Assembly (NCBI GenBank): GCA_963661285.1
Contig: CAVLBF010000005.1
Location: 32,006-96,005, forward strand
Length of the DNA: 64,000 nucleotides
Direction of reading: 5' to 3'
From: Bacteroidaceae bacterium
GTDB lineage: Bacteria > Bacteroidota > Bacteroidia > Bacteroidales > UBA932
The notes beneath the pieces are model-generated. The model saw only the letters and a list, made by a program, of their open reading frames with translations. It searched no databases and had not been told where the DNA came from. Both the position numbers and the translations under genes were made by a program. Positions 47,519 through 56,347 of the stretch are shown in pieces; within the stretch, counting starts at the first letter, position 1, and every line of letters begins with the position of its first letter.

Positions 47519-48797
47519 GACGCTTCAGGTCATTCTCGCCCTCTCGCTCCTGATAATAATTCACGAGCTGGGTCACTTTATGTGGGCCAAGTTCTTCGGA
47601 ATCAGGGTTGAGAAGTTCTATCTCTTCTTCGATGCCGGAGGCAAGGCGATCGCCCGCTGGAAGTGGGGGGATACGGAGTTCGGCATCGGCTGGCTGCCTT
47701 TCGGCGGCTACTGCAAGATATCCGGGATGATAGACGAGTCGATGGACCTCGAGCAGATGCGCCGTCCCCCGCAGCCCTGGGAGTTCCGCTCCCGTCCGGC
47801 CTGGCAGCGGCTGCTGGTGATGGCGGGCGGGGTGCTCAACAACTTCATCTTCGCGGTGCTCGCCTATATCGGCATTATGGCCGCGTGGGGGCAGTCCTAT
47901 ATAGACAACAGCGACAGCCGCATATATGTCAATGACCTCGCCTACGAGATGGGGTTCCGCACCGGAGACCGTATCCTTAAGTTCGACGACTACAGTCCGG
48001 AGAACTTCGCTATGCTGCAGGCCGACCTTGCGCGGCGCGACGTGCACAAGGCGACGGTGCTCCGGGGTACGGACACTCTGGACATATATGTGGATCAGGC
48101 GATGATAGGAGAGGTGCTCAACTCTCCGATGATGTTCGACCTCGCCATCCCGTTCGTGGTGGATTCGGTCGCTTCCGGCCCCAACGCCTCTTCGGGGCTG
48201 CGCAGGGGCGACAGGATAGTATCGTTCGACGGGAATGCCGTGGAGTACCTTCAGGACTCCCGCCGCGTGCTCTCCGGGATGAAGTCACGCACGGTCGAAG
48301 CTACGGTGCTCAGGGGCGGAGACACGCTGTCCATCCCCGTGAGCGTGGACACGACGGGACGCATCGGGGTCTATATGGCCACTCCGTCCGTCAAAGTCAA
48401 GCACTACGGCCTGCTGGACGCTATCCCTGCCGGCATCAAGCTGACGGGAAGCACTATAGGGGGCTATGTGAGAGACCTGGGCCTGCTGGTGAGACCCTCC
48501 ACCGGGGCCTACAAGTCTGTGGGCAGCTTCATCGCCATCGGACAGGTCTTCCCTGCGAGCTGGGACTCTTACCGCTTCATCAACATCCTCGCGCTGCTTT
48601 CCATAATGCTCGCGGTGATGAATCTGATCCCGATTCCGGCACTGGACGGGGGACATATACTCTTCACTCTCTATGAGATGATTACGGGACGCAAGCCGAG
48701 CGACCGCTTTCTGGCCGTCGCGCAGACGATAGGGATGCTCCTGCTGCTCGCGCTGATGTTCCTCGCCTTCGGCAACGATATTGCACGTATAATATAA
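47502..48797 (+). CDS. rseP: RIP metalloprotease RseP (M50 + PDZ)
   Basis: HELGH, PFGGY, NLIPIPALDGG. Confidence 0.93.
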   Translation: MVILLKTLQVILALSLLIIIHELGHFMWAKFFGIRVEKFYLFFDAGGKAIARWKWGDTEFGIGWLPFGGYCKISGMIDESMDLEQMRRPPQPWEFRSRPAWQRLLVMAGGVLNNFIFAVLAYIGIMAAWGQSYIDNSDSRIYVNDLAYEMGFRTGDRILKFDDYSPENFAMLQADLARRDVHKATVLRGTDTLDIYVDQAMIGEVLNSPMMFDLAIPFVVDSVASGPNASSGLRRGDRIVSFDGNAVEYLQDSRRVLSGMKSRTVEATVLRGGDTLSIPVSVDTTGRIGVYMATPSVKVKHYGLLDAIPAGIKLTGSTIGGYVRDLGLLVRPSTGAYKSVGSFIAIGQVFPASWDSYRFINILALLSIMLAVMNLIPIPALDGGHILFTLYEMITGRKPSDRFLAVAQTIGMLLLLALMFLAFGNDIARII

Positions 48798-48807
48798 AAC
48801 ATTCATT

Positions 48808-49815
48808 ATGAAGAAGATTATCGCCCTATCAGTATTGATTCTCGCTCTTGCGGGATGCAAGCATACCGGGACTCTCCTTCCGAGCGTAAGCGGCAAGGCC
48901 GGAGAAGTCTTGGTGGTGATCGACAAGGCGGACTGGGAGGGCGCTCTCGGCGCGGCCACCCGCAGTCTGCTGGCGGACGAATGTCCTTATCTCCCTCAGA
49001 GAGAGCCTCTCTATACTCTGGTCAATGTGGCCCCTGCGGGCTTTGTGGACCTGTTCAAGATTCATCGCAACATAGTGATGTTCAACATCAGTCCGCAGAT
49101 TGACAGCGCCGGGGTGTTCTATCGCAGCGACGTCTGGTCGCAGCCCCAGTGCGTGATTCAGATATCCGCCTATGACACCGACGCCGCAGCGGATATGCTC
49201 AAGAAGAAGGGTGGCACGATTGTGCGCGCCATCGAGCAGGCGGAGCGCGACAGGGTGATACGCAACACCCTGCTCTATGAAGAGAGGGCCATAGCGGACA
49301 CCGTGTCCAGGATTTTCGGCGGCTCGCCTCACTTCCCGGTGGGCTACAAGTTCAAGAAGATCAGCCCGGACTTCTGCTGGATCGCCAACGACAAGCAATA
49401 TGTCTACCAGGACGTGTTCGTGTACAGGTATCCGGCGGAGGCCGACCATCCGTTCTCTTCCGGCAACATAATCCGTCACCGCAACGAAATCCTCAAGGCC
49501 AACGTGCCCGGGATGTTCGACAACACCTATATGACCACGAGCGCGTACTTCTCCCCGATAATCGAGTACCTCAAATACCGTGGGCGCGACATCGTGCAGA
49601 CCCGGGGAATGTGGGAGGTGGAGAACGACTATATGGGAGGGCCTTTCGTGTCCCATTCCTTCTACAGTCCTGACGGAAAGGACATCATAGTGACGGAAGC
49701 CTTCGTCTATGCGCCGCGTTACGACAAGCGGCAGTATCTCCGTCAGGTCGAGTCGCTGCTCTACTCCTGGGAGTGGAGGAAGGAAGGGGCCGGCGGGCGA
49801 AAGGCGGAAAATTAA
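48808..49815 (+). CDS. DUF4837-like lipoprotein
   Basis: Lipobox LAGC; SGKAGEVLVV, LPQREP, RGMW..MGGPF, FVYAP..DKR. Confidence 0.75.
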   Translation: MKKIIALSVLILALAGCKHTGTLLPSVSGKAGEVLVVIDKADWEGALGAATRSLLADECPYLPQREPLYTLVNVAPAGFVDLFKIHRNIVMFNISPQIDSAGVFYRSDVWSQPQCVIQISAYDTDAAADMLKKKGGTIVRAIEQAERDRVIRNTLLYEERAIADTVSRIFGGSPHFPVGYKFKKISPDFCWIANDKQYVYQDVFVYRYPAEADHPFSSGNIIRHRNEILKANVPGMFDNTYMTTSAYFSPIIEYLKYRGRDIVQTRGMWEVENDYMGGPFVSHSFYSPDGKDIIVTEAFVYAPRYDKRQYLRQVESLLYSWEWRKEGAGGRKAEN

Positions 49816-49846
49816 TTTGTCAAGTCTAAAATAATTTCTATCTTTG
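49816..49846 (+). promoter_or_regulatory. Promoter of tRNA-Glu/rpsT/tRNA-Pro
   Basis: TTTG (49816-49819), 19 nt spacer, TATCTTTG (49839-49846). Confidence 0.75.
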
Positions 49847-49883
49847 CACTCCCTATGCGGATTAAGTCCGTGCAGGCGGGAAT

Positions 49884-49955
49884 GGTGGGTTCGTATAACG
49901 GCTAGTACTCAAGATTTTCATTCTTGCAATAGGAGTTCGATTCTCCTACCCACTA
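49884..49955 (+). tRNA. tRNA-Glu (TTC)
   Basis: Acceptor GGTGGGT/ACCCACT, anticodon arm CAAGA-TTTTCAT-TCTTG, T arm AGGAG-TTCGATT-CTCCT; CCA not encoded. Confidence 0.93.
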
Positions 49956-49978
49956 CTTAAATATTAAAAAACACAATA

Positions 49979-50233
49979 ATGGCAAACACAGCTTCAGCTA
50001 AGAAAGCCGATCGTCAGAACGAGAGGCGCAGATTGCATAACAGGTATTATGCAAAGACAACCAGGAACGCTATCCGCGACATCCGTAACACCACCGACAA
50101 GGCTACGGCCGAGAAGAACGCTCCCAAGGTATATGCTATGATTGACAAGCTCGCGAAGATAGGCCTCATCCACAGGAACAAGGCTTCCAATCTCAAGAGC
50201 GGCATCGCAGTCTACATCAACAAGCTCGCGTAA
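49979..50233 (+). CDS. rpsT: 30S ribosomal protein S20
   Basis: [22 protein letters not shown]...[17 protein letters not shown]. Confidence 0.96.
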   Translation: MANTASAKKADRQNERRRLHNRYYAKTTRNAIRDIRNTTDKATAEKNAPKVYAMIDKLAKIGLIHRNKASNLKSGIAVYINKLA

Positions 50234-50253
50234 GCGCAGCCTTGTTTTTCTGA

Positions 50254-50327
50254 CGGGATGTAGCGCAGTTGGCTAGCGCACCACGTTCGGGACGTGGGGG
50301 TCGTCCGTTCGAGTCGGATCATCCCGA
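50254..50327 (+). tRNA. tRNA-Pro (CGG)
   Basis: Acceptor CGGGATG/CATCCCG, anticodon arm CCACG-TTCGGGA-CGTGG, GTTCGAG T loop. Confidence 0.93.
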
Positions 50328-50328
50328 C

Positions 50329-50363
50329 AAGGGGTTGGAGTTGAGGCTCTGACCCCTTCTTTC
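50329..50363 (+). terminator. Intrinsic terminator after tRNA-Pro
   Basis: AAGGGGTTGGAG..CTCTGACCCCTT stem followed by a T-rich run. Confidence 0.6.
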
Positions 50364-50413
50364 ATCATTATTGGGGATGACGCCGCCCCGAAAAATCCTT
50401 ATATTTGCGCCGT

Positions 50414-52450
50414 ATGAAGCATATCGCAATCAGCATTCTGGCTCTTCTCTCATTGCAGAGCCTCGGGGCGCAGGCCCTCACTCAGATGCCCGACACGACC
50501 GGGCTCTACGGGGAGCGGCGCGACACTCTGCAGGCGAGCGTGTTCTCGGCCAGCCAGTCGGGGACATATCTTCCGCGCACCAAGGAGATACGCACGGAGG
50601 TCATTTCGACCGCCGGCCTGCACAAGATGGCCTGCTGCAGCCTTGCGGAGAGTTTCGAGAATTCCGCAAGCGTCACCGTGGGCTATTCCGATGCGGTCAC
50701 CGGCGCGAGGCAGATCCGTCTGCTCGGACTTTCCGGGGTCTATACCCAGATGCTGGACGAGAACCGTCCGACGATGAGGGGCATTTGTGCGCCGTTCGGA
50801 CTCTCCTATGTGCCCGGACAATGGCTGGAGAGCATCCAGATAGCCAAGGGCGTCAGCTCCGTGGTCAACGGGGTCGAATCTATGACCGGACAGATCAACG
50901 TGGAGCACCGCAAGCCTACCGACGAGGTCCCGCTCTTTGTCAACGCTTCCGCGATGTCGGACGGCAAGCTGGACTTCAACCTCTCCTCCTCGCTGCAGAT
51001 GGGGGAGAAGTGGAGCACGGTGATGCTTGCCCATATCTCCGGCAACAAGCCTATGCACGATGACAACGGTGACGGATTCCACGATGCTCCGGGTACTCTG
51101 CAGCTGAACTTCGCCAACCGCTGGCTCTACTTTGCGCAGAGCGGGTTTCAGCTCCGCTTTGGGGTGAGAGCCCTTCAGGACTCCCGCGAGGGAGGTCAGA
51201 CGGAGAGCGCGGGCGACTGGCGCAGCGCGATAAACAACAGGATGCTCAACGGCTATTTTAAACTCGGGGTGCCGCTGAGCGAAGACAATGCCCGCAATAT
51301 AGCCTTGGTGGGGGACTGGACCTGGCAGCGCTCTTCCGACAAGTTCGGACTGCGAAGCTATGAAGCCACACAGCGGTCCGGGTTCTTCAACCTGCTATAT
51401 CTCAACGAGGTGAACGAGTCCCACAAGTTGACCCTCGGAGCCGGCGCGATGCTGGACCGCCTCTCCGAGAATGAGCCGGTCCCTCTGCCCGGTGCGGAGC
51501 CGGAAGGGATGAAGACTGCCGATTTTGTCGACCTCGGGCTGTTCGGGGAATATACTTTCCACGCGGGGGAGAAGTTCTCCTCCATACTCGCTCTTCGCGG
51601 CGACTGGTACAACGGCGAGGGATTCCGCTTCTCTCCGCGTCTCACCCTGAAATACACTCCGACAGAGTCGCTGATATTCAGAGCGAACGCCGGCAGGGGA
51701 CTGCGGCGCGCGATGCCGCTGACCGACAATATAGGGGTATTCTCGACCTCCAAGGCTTTCGTGGGAGAGTACCTTTCCCACCCCCTCGAGGACTCCTGGA
51801 CGGCAGGGGGCAACGCCACCTGGTATCTTCCGTTCGGGAACAACACCTATCTGAGCCTTGACTGTTTCCACAGCGAATTCAGCCGGCAGCTCATAGTCGA
51901 CTACGAGCTTGCGGACAACGAAATCAACTTCTACACCATCGACGGGAAGCGCTCATACACCGACAGCTGGCAGCTGGACTTCAACACCGAGCCGCTGCGC
52001 GGGCTGACCGTGACCGCCACGTTCCGCTATACGGATGCGATGGTCTTTCTTCAGGGCAAGGGACTGGTGGAAAGGCCGCTCGTCAGCCGCTATAAGGGAG
52101 TGCTCAACCTCCAGTATGCCACTTCTCTGCGCAAGTGGATATTCGACTTCACCGCATCTGTCAACGGCCCGTCCAGGGCTTACGGCTTTATGGGACTCCC
52201 GGACGACAGGACTCCGGCGTACCCCCTGCTCTATGCCCAGATTACCCGCAGGATGAAGGGATTCGACATCTACGTCGGAGGAGAGAACCTGAGCAATTAC
52301 AGACAGAAGCGGGTCATATTCGGCACGGTCGACGCGTCCGGATATGTCAATCCGTATGCGGACGGCTTCGATGCCGGCGCCGTTTGGGGGCCCATAAGCG
52401 GGATAAAACTCTATGCGGGCATCAGAGTGACTTTATGGAAAAAAGCTTAA
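50414..52450 (+). CDS. TonB-dependent receptor, likely metal-related
   Basis: Signal peptide; plug KMACCSLAESFE, ESIQIAKG..GQIN; barrel end YAGIRVTLW; TATATTTG at 50400-50407. Confidence 0.88.
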   Translation: MKHIAISILALLSLQSLGAQALTQMPDTTGLYGERRDTLQASVFSASQSGTYLPRTKEIRTEVISTAGLHKMACCSLAESFENSASVTVGYSDAVTGARQIRLLGLSGVYTQMLDENRPTMRGICAPFGLSYVPGQWLESIQIAKGVSSVVNGVESMTGQINVEHRKPTDEVPLFVNASAMSDGKLDFNLSSSLQMGEKWSTVMLAHISGNKPMHDDNGDGFHDAPGTLQLNFANRWLYFAQSGFQLRFGVRALQDSREGGQTESAGDWRSAINNRMLNGYFKLGVPLSEDNARNIALVGDWTWQRSSDKFGLRSYEATQRSGFFNLLYLNEVNESHKLTLGAGAMLDRLSENEPVPLPGAEPEGMKTADFVDLGLFGEYTFHAGEKFSSILALRGDWYNGEGFRFSPRLTLKYTPTESLIFRANAGRGLRRAMPLTDNIGVFSTSKAFVGEYLSHPLEDSWTAGGNATWYLPFGNNTYLSLDCFHSEFSRQLIVDYELADNEINFYTIDGKRSYTDSWQLDFNTEPLRGLTVTATFRYTDAMVFLQGKGLVERPLVSRYKGVLNLQYATSLRKWIFDFTASVNGPSRAYGFMGLPDDRTPAYPLLYAQITRRMKGFDIYVGGENLSNYRQKRVIFGTVDASGYVNPYADGFDAGAVWGPISGIKLYAGIRVTLWKKA

Positions 52451-52460
52451 TCTGCTGAAT

Positions 52461-52811
52461 ATGAAGAAAATAATGATTATCACCCTGCTCGCCCTGATGG
52501 CGGCAGGTTCAGTCCCGGCAAGCGGGAATCAGCTCTGCTCCGTCTCACAGAGCGGCGTGAGCGTCCAGGACAAGAAAGACAGGAAGAAAGTCGAGACCGT
52601 CACCTTTGACACCAATCTGCACTGCAAGAACTGCGTTAAGAAAGTGCAGGAGAACATCGCTTTCGAGAAGGGTGTGAAAGACCTTGACGTCAGCCTAGAG
52701 AAACAGACCATCACGGTCAAGTACGACCCTGCGAAAACCAGCGTTGACAGCCTTGCCCGCGCAGTGCGCAAGCTCGGCTACAACGCTGATGTCCATAAGG
52801 ATAAGAAGTAG
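52461..52811 (+). CDS. Secreted heavy-metal-associated (HMA) domain protein
   Basis: Signal peptide; LHCKNC metal motif; KGVKDLDVSL..LGY. Confidence 0.88.
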   Translation: MKKIMIITLLALMAAGSVPASGNQLCSVSQSGVSVQDKKDRKKVETVTFDTNLHCKNCVKKVQENIAFEKGVKDLDVSLEKQTITVKYDPAKTSVDSLARAVRKLGYNADVHKDKK

Positions 52812-52814
52812 CTT

Positions 52815-54176
52815 CTATTTCTTCTTCACGGAGAAGATTGCGCCCTCTGACGAATGGTCGGTGTCGTAGAACTGCACCGCGTTGTCGTTGAGGCGAGGGT
52901 AGCTGTTGTCCAGCAGCCTGATGAGCTCCGCGCCGGCGAGGATGACCGGGCCGTAACCGTGCGCTGCGGAGGCGCTGACCGGACGGTAATAGTAGAACGC
53001 AGGGTCAAATGCCATACCGGTGCCGACACAGGTGCCGTTGACCTTGCCTTCGGCGTCGATCATAGTTGAAACCGCGTTCCACGCCAGGCAGGTCTGCGGG
53101 CCGTAGGCAAGGGCGTTGAGCCAGCCTTCGTTGATGCCGTGGGCGAAGCAGTATGCGAAGATTGCGGTGGCGGAAGTCTCGAGATATGAGTCGTTGCGGT
53201 CGAGGAGCTGATGCCAGAATCCCTCGCTGCTCTGGAGAGCGGCAAGCCCCTCAGCGTGCTGTCTGAAGAGTTCGAGCACCTTGCTCCTGCCCGGGTAGTT
53301 CTCCGGCAGCACGTCGAGCACTTCGCTCATCGTAAGTATCGCCCATCCGTTGGCGCGTCCCCAGTGGTACGCAGGATGAGGATCCATAGACTCGATCCAG
53401 CCGTGGCGGAAGAGCTTCTTCTCCGGAACCCACATCTTGTCCTTGAAGAGCATAATCTGACGGACTGCCTCGTCGTAGTATTTCTTGTCGCCGCTGAGTT
53501 TGCCGTACCAGGCGATGGCCGGGATTCCCATAAACATATCGTCGAGCCATACCGCGTCGGCAAGCGGACGCATTCTGGCAAGCGTGCCGTCCTTGAGACG
53601 GTATTCCCTGTTCATAATGAAATCCACATAATTGTCGATGAGGGCGCGGAGATTGAGGTCCGGGTTGGCGAACTGGTCTCTGATCATCGAGACGCAGACC
53701 GCGCCGCAGTCATCCAGTGCGCCCGGATTCACGACCTGGCGCATCTGAGGGTCGACCTTGCCGCCGTCCTTTGCGACCTTGGTCCACTTATATGCCTGCT
53801 CCGCAAGGAAACTGTGGCGGTCCTTGGTGTAGTCGGTATATGCCTTGTCACCGGTGGTCTCGCCGGCCTTGAGCATAGCCGAGTAGGTCACTCCCCACTC
53901 GTAGCTGGCAAGACGGAATGCGCCTCTCTTGAGCGTGCCGTCTTCCTTGAGGCCGACAGGGGTCTCGGAGCTGACATAATTGAGAATCCTGTCAAGGTCA
54001 GCCTTGATGGCGTCCTTTGCCGGAACTCCGTACGGATTGACGTAGTCAGGGTCGAGCAGATGCAGAGCGGTGTTGGAGTCGTTGATTGCGGACTTCTCGT
54101 TCTGAGCGCTCTGAGCGCAGGAGCAAAGACAGGCTGCGGCGGCTAATGCCGGGATAAAGAGTTTGTTGAACTGCAT
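52815..54176 (-). CDS. GH105 (GH88/105) unsaturated uronyl hydrolase, lipoprotein
   Basis: Cys-containing signal; YEWGV, WLDDMFMG, WGRANGW, YLETSATA. Confidence 0.88.
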   Translation of the reverse strand: MQFNKLFIPALAAAACLCSCAQSAQNEKSAINDSNTALHLLDPDYVNPYGVPAKDAIKADLDRILNYVSSETPVGLKEDGTLKRGAFRLASYEWGVTYSAMLKAGETTGDKAYTDYTKDRHSFLAEQAYKWTKVAKDGGKVDPQMRQVVNPGALDDCGAVCVSMIRDQFANPDLNLRALIDNYVDFIMNREYRLKDGTLARMRPLADAVWLDDMFMGIPAIAWYGKLSGDKKYYDEAVRQIMLFKDKMWVPEKKLFRHGWIESMDPHPAYHWGRANGWAILTMSEVLDVLPENYPGRSKVLELFRQHAEGLAALQSSEGFWHQLLDRNDSYLETSATAIFAYCFAHGINEGWLNALAYGPQTCLAWNAVSTMIDAEGKVNGTCVGTGMAFDPAFYYYRPVSASAAHGYGPVILAGAELIRLLDNSYPRLNDNAVQFYDTDHSSEGAIFSVKKK

Positions 54177-54250
54177 AGCGGTAATATGATTATAAGTTTT
54201 TGCGCGAAATCGTGCGCAAGATACGAATAATTTGTGATATTTGCAGGACG

Positions 54251-54979
54251 ATGACCGCGCCTGCGATAATAATCCTCTTTCTTTTCACGCTGCTCTCGAG
54301 CGGTATGCAGCGGGTGTCGGGCTTCGGCTTCGGGATTATCGCGATGACGGTGTTCCCCTATCTTATGCCGTCCTACGGGGAGGCGACCGCCCTGTCCGGG
54401 ATGCTCGCGATAGTGACGGCGCTCGTGCCCGCGCTGCGGCACGTCCGGATTGTCCCCTGGAAGAAACTGCTTCCGATACTGATTATGTTCCTGCTGGTGT
54501 CGTTCTTCGCCGTGGAACTGGTCACACAGGTGGACAGCCGGAATCTCAAGCACGTTATGGGGGCGGTGCTGATTCTGATAAGCATCTATTTCTTCGCGTT
54601 CAGCGACAAGATACATCTTCGGCCCACCGTTCCGGTACAGCTCGGACTGGGCACCCTGTCGGGTGCGATGGGCGGGCTTTTCGCGATGCAGGGGCCTCCG
54701 GCCGTCATCTATTTCATCTCCGCCGCCAAAGACAAGGAGGAGTATATCGCCTTGACGCAGTGGTACTTCCTCAGCGGGAACACGATGATGACGCTCTTCA
54801 GGCTGCGTGCCGGGCTGGTGACGGGGACCGTGCTCCAGTCCTGGGCCATAGCCGTGCCGGCGACGGTTCTGGGCCTCTGGCTGGGGTCCAGACTCTTCAG
54901 GCGCATCCGCATCGAGCTGCTGCACAAGATAGTCTATGCCTTCCTTGCGGTCTCCGGAGTCGTGGCGGTGGTGCTATAG
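54251..54979 (+). CDS. TauE/SafE (TSUP) family membrane transporter
   Basis: Multi-TM; SGFGFG and GGLFAMQGPP motifs. Confidence 0.85.
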   Translation: MTAPAIIILFLFTLLSSGMQRVSGFGFGIIAMTVFPYLMPSYGEATALSGMLAIVTALVPALRHVRIVPWKKLLPILIMFLLVSFFAVELVTQVDSRNLKHVMGAVLILISIYFFAFSDKIHLRPTVPVQLGLGTLSGAMGGLFAMQGPPAVIYFISAAKDKEEYIALTQWYFLSGNTMMTLFRLRAGLVTGTVLQSWAIAVPATVLGLWLGSRLFRRIRIELLHKIVYAFLAVSGVVAVVL

Positions 54980-56347
54980 CTCCGCGATGTCCATCCAGAC
55001 CCGGAGAGCCTTGCGGTAATTCGTGCGCGCATCGGTGAGGCCGTTGCACGCCTCCCTGAGGCTTGCCTGCGACTGCAGAAGTTCCGAGAGAGGCACGAGT
55101 CCGGCCTCATAGTGGCTTCTGACATTGGCATATGCGGCTTCGGCGGCCCGGAGGGATTCGAGTGCCACCTCATACTCGTCCCAGGCTGAGGTGAGCTCAA
55201 TCCAATACTTTCTCACCAGCAGGGTCAGCTGCCCGCTGAGTTGCGTCTGCTCGTTCTCTGCCTTGTCAATCTGCAGCTGGAGCCGCTTGAGCGTGCGGGA
55301 AGTCTTCCACCAGTCCGAAATCGGAATCTGCAGGGTGGCGTACGCAGTGCCGTTGAAGCGCGGATTACCTATCAGATCAGAGTAGCCGTATGTGGCTCCG
55401 ATGGCGAGCTGCGGGAGGGTCTCTCCGAGCTGCATCCGCTTCTCGAGTTTCTTCGCATCTACCTGCAGCTCAAGCAGGCGCGCTTCTTCCAGCGAGGCGG
55501 AAATCTGCTCCTCCGGGACATAGTAGCGTTCCGGAGACTGCATCTCGCCTGTCTCATCTTCGAGTGAGACGCTGTCGATATACGGCTTCTCCGCGCAGGC
55601 CGTGCCTTCAATGACGGAGTAGTCCTGTCCGATGGAGTTGAGGAGGTTCATCTTGCTGAGCCTTATGCCGTGCCGCAGCTTTATCTGAGCCGTGCGCAGC
55701 TCGCTCCGCTTGAGTTGGGCCTGCAGCAGCTCGTCCTCGGTCATAAGCCCCGAAGAGTATGCGGCGGACGCGTCCTTGCAGAGGGTGTCGAGAAGTTCGC
55801 TGAAGTCTTCGAGAGTCAGCAGCTTCTCCTGAAGGCTGAGGGTCTGCCAATAGCAGTCGTCAATCTCCTCTCCGGTCTTGCGCTCCTGGAGGCTCTTCTG
55901 CAGCTGAGCCGCCTCCACGCCGAGCGCGGCGAGCCGGTTGCCGTTGACGATCCGTCCTCCGGCGAATACCGGCTGGACCAGATTGACGGATGCCCCATAT
56001 CCGTATTGCAGGGCGGTATAGGTTGGGTTGATGCCCAGCATCAGCAGTCCGTTCTGCAGATTGTTGCTGAAATCGTTGTTGCCGATGATGTCCTTCAGAC
56101 CGATCTTCAGCATCGGGTTCAGCGAGTAGAAGCCCAGTGACACGACGCTGACGCGCGGGAAGTACTCTGTCAGAGCCTCCTGTTTCTGGTAGCGTGCCGC
56201 CTGCACGTCCAGGCCGGCGTTGACCGCGCCGCTGTTGTGCGCGACTGCCATCTCGCGGCAGCGGTCGATGCTGAGAGTCAGGCTCTCCTGTGCCGCCGCA
56301 GGCAGCGCAAGAAGCAGAGACGCTATAATCAATGCTTTGGTTTTCAT
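54974..56347 (-). CDS. TolC family outer-membrane efflux protein
   Basis: Signal peptide; YFPRVS, QPVFAGG, duplicated OEP pattern, IPISDW. Confidence 0.9.
   Translation of the reverse strand: MKTKALIIASLLLALPAAAQESLTLSIDRCREMAVAHNSGAVNAGLDVQAARYQKQEALTEYFPRVSVVSLGFYSLNPMLKIGLKDIIGNNDFSNNLQNGLLMLGINPTYTALQYGYGASVNLVQPVFAGGRIVNGNRLAALGVEAAQLQKSLQERKTGEEIDDCYWQTLSLQEKLLTLEDFSELLDTLCKDASAAYSSGLMTEDELLQAQLKRSELRTAQIKLRHGIRLSKMNLLNSIGQDYSVIEGTACAEKPYIDSVSLEDETGEMQSPERYYVPEEQISASLEEARLLELQVDAKKLEKRMQLGETLPQLAIGATYGYSDLIGNPRFNGTAYATLQIPISDWWKTSRTLKRLQLQIDKAENEQTQLSGQLTLLVRKYWIELTSAWDEYEVALESLRAAEAAYANVRSHYEAGLVPLSELLQSQASLREACNGLTDARTNYRKALRVWMDIAEL

Noticed and set aside
49884..50327. tRNAs as integration sites of an island
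   Set aside because: No integrase nearby and I saw no duplicated tRNA 3' end in the window.
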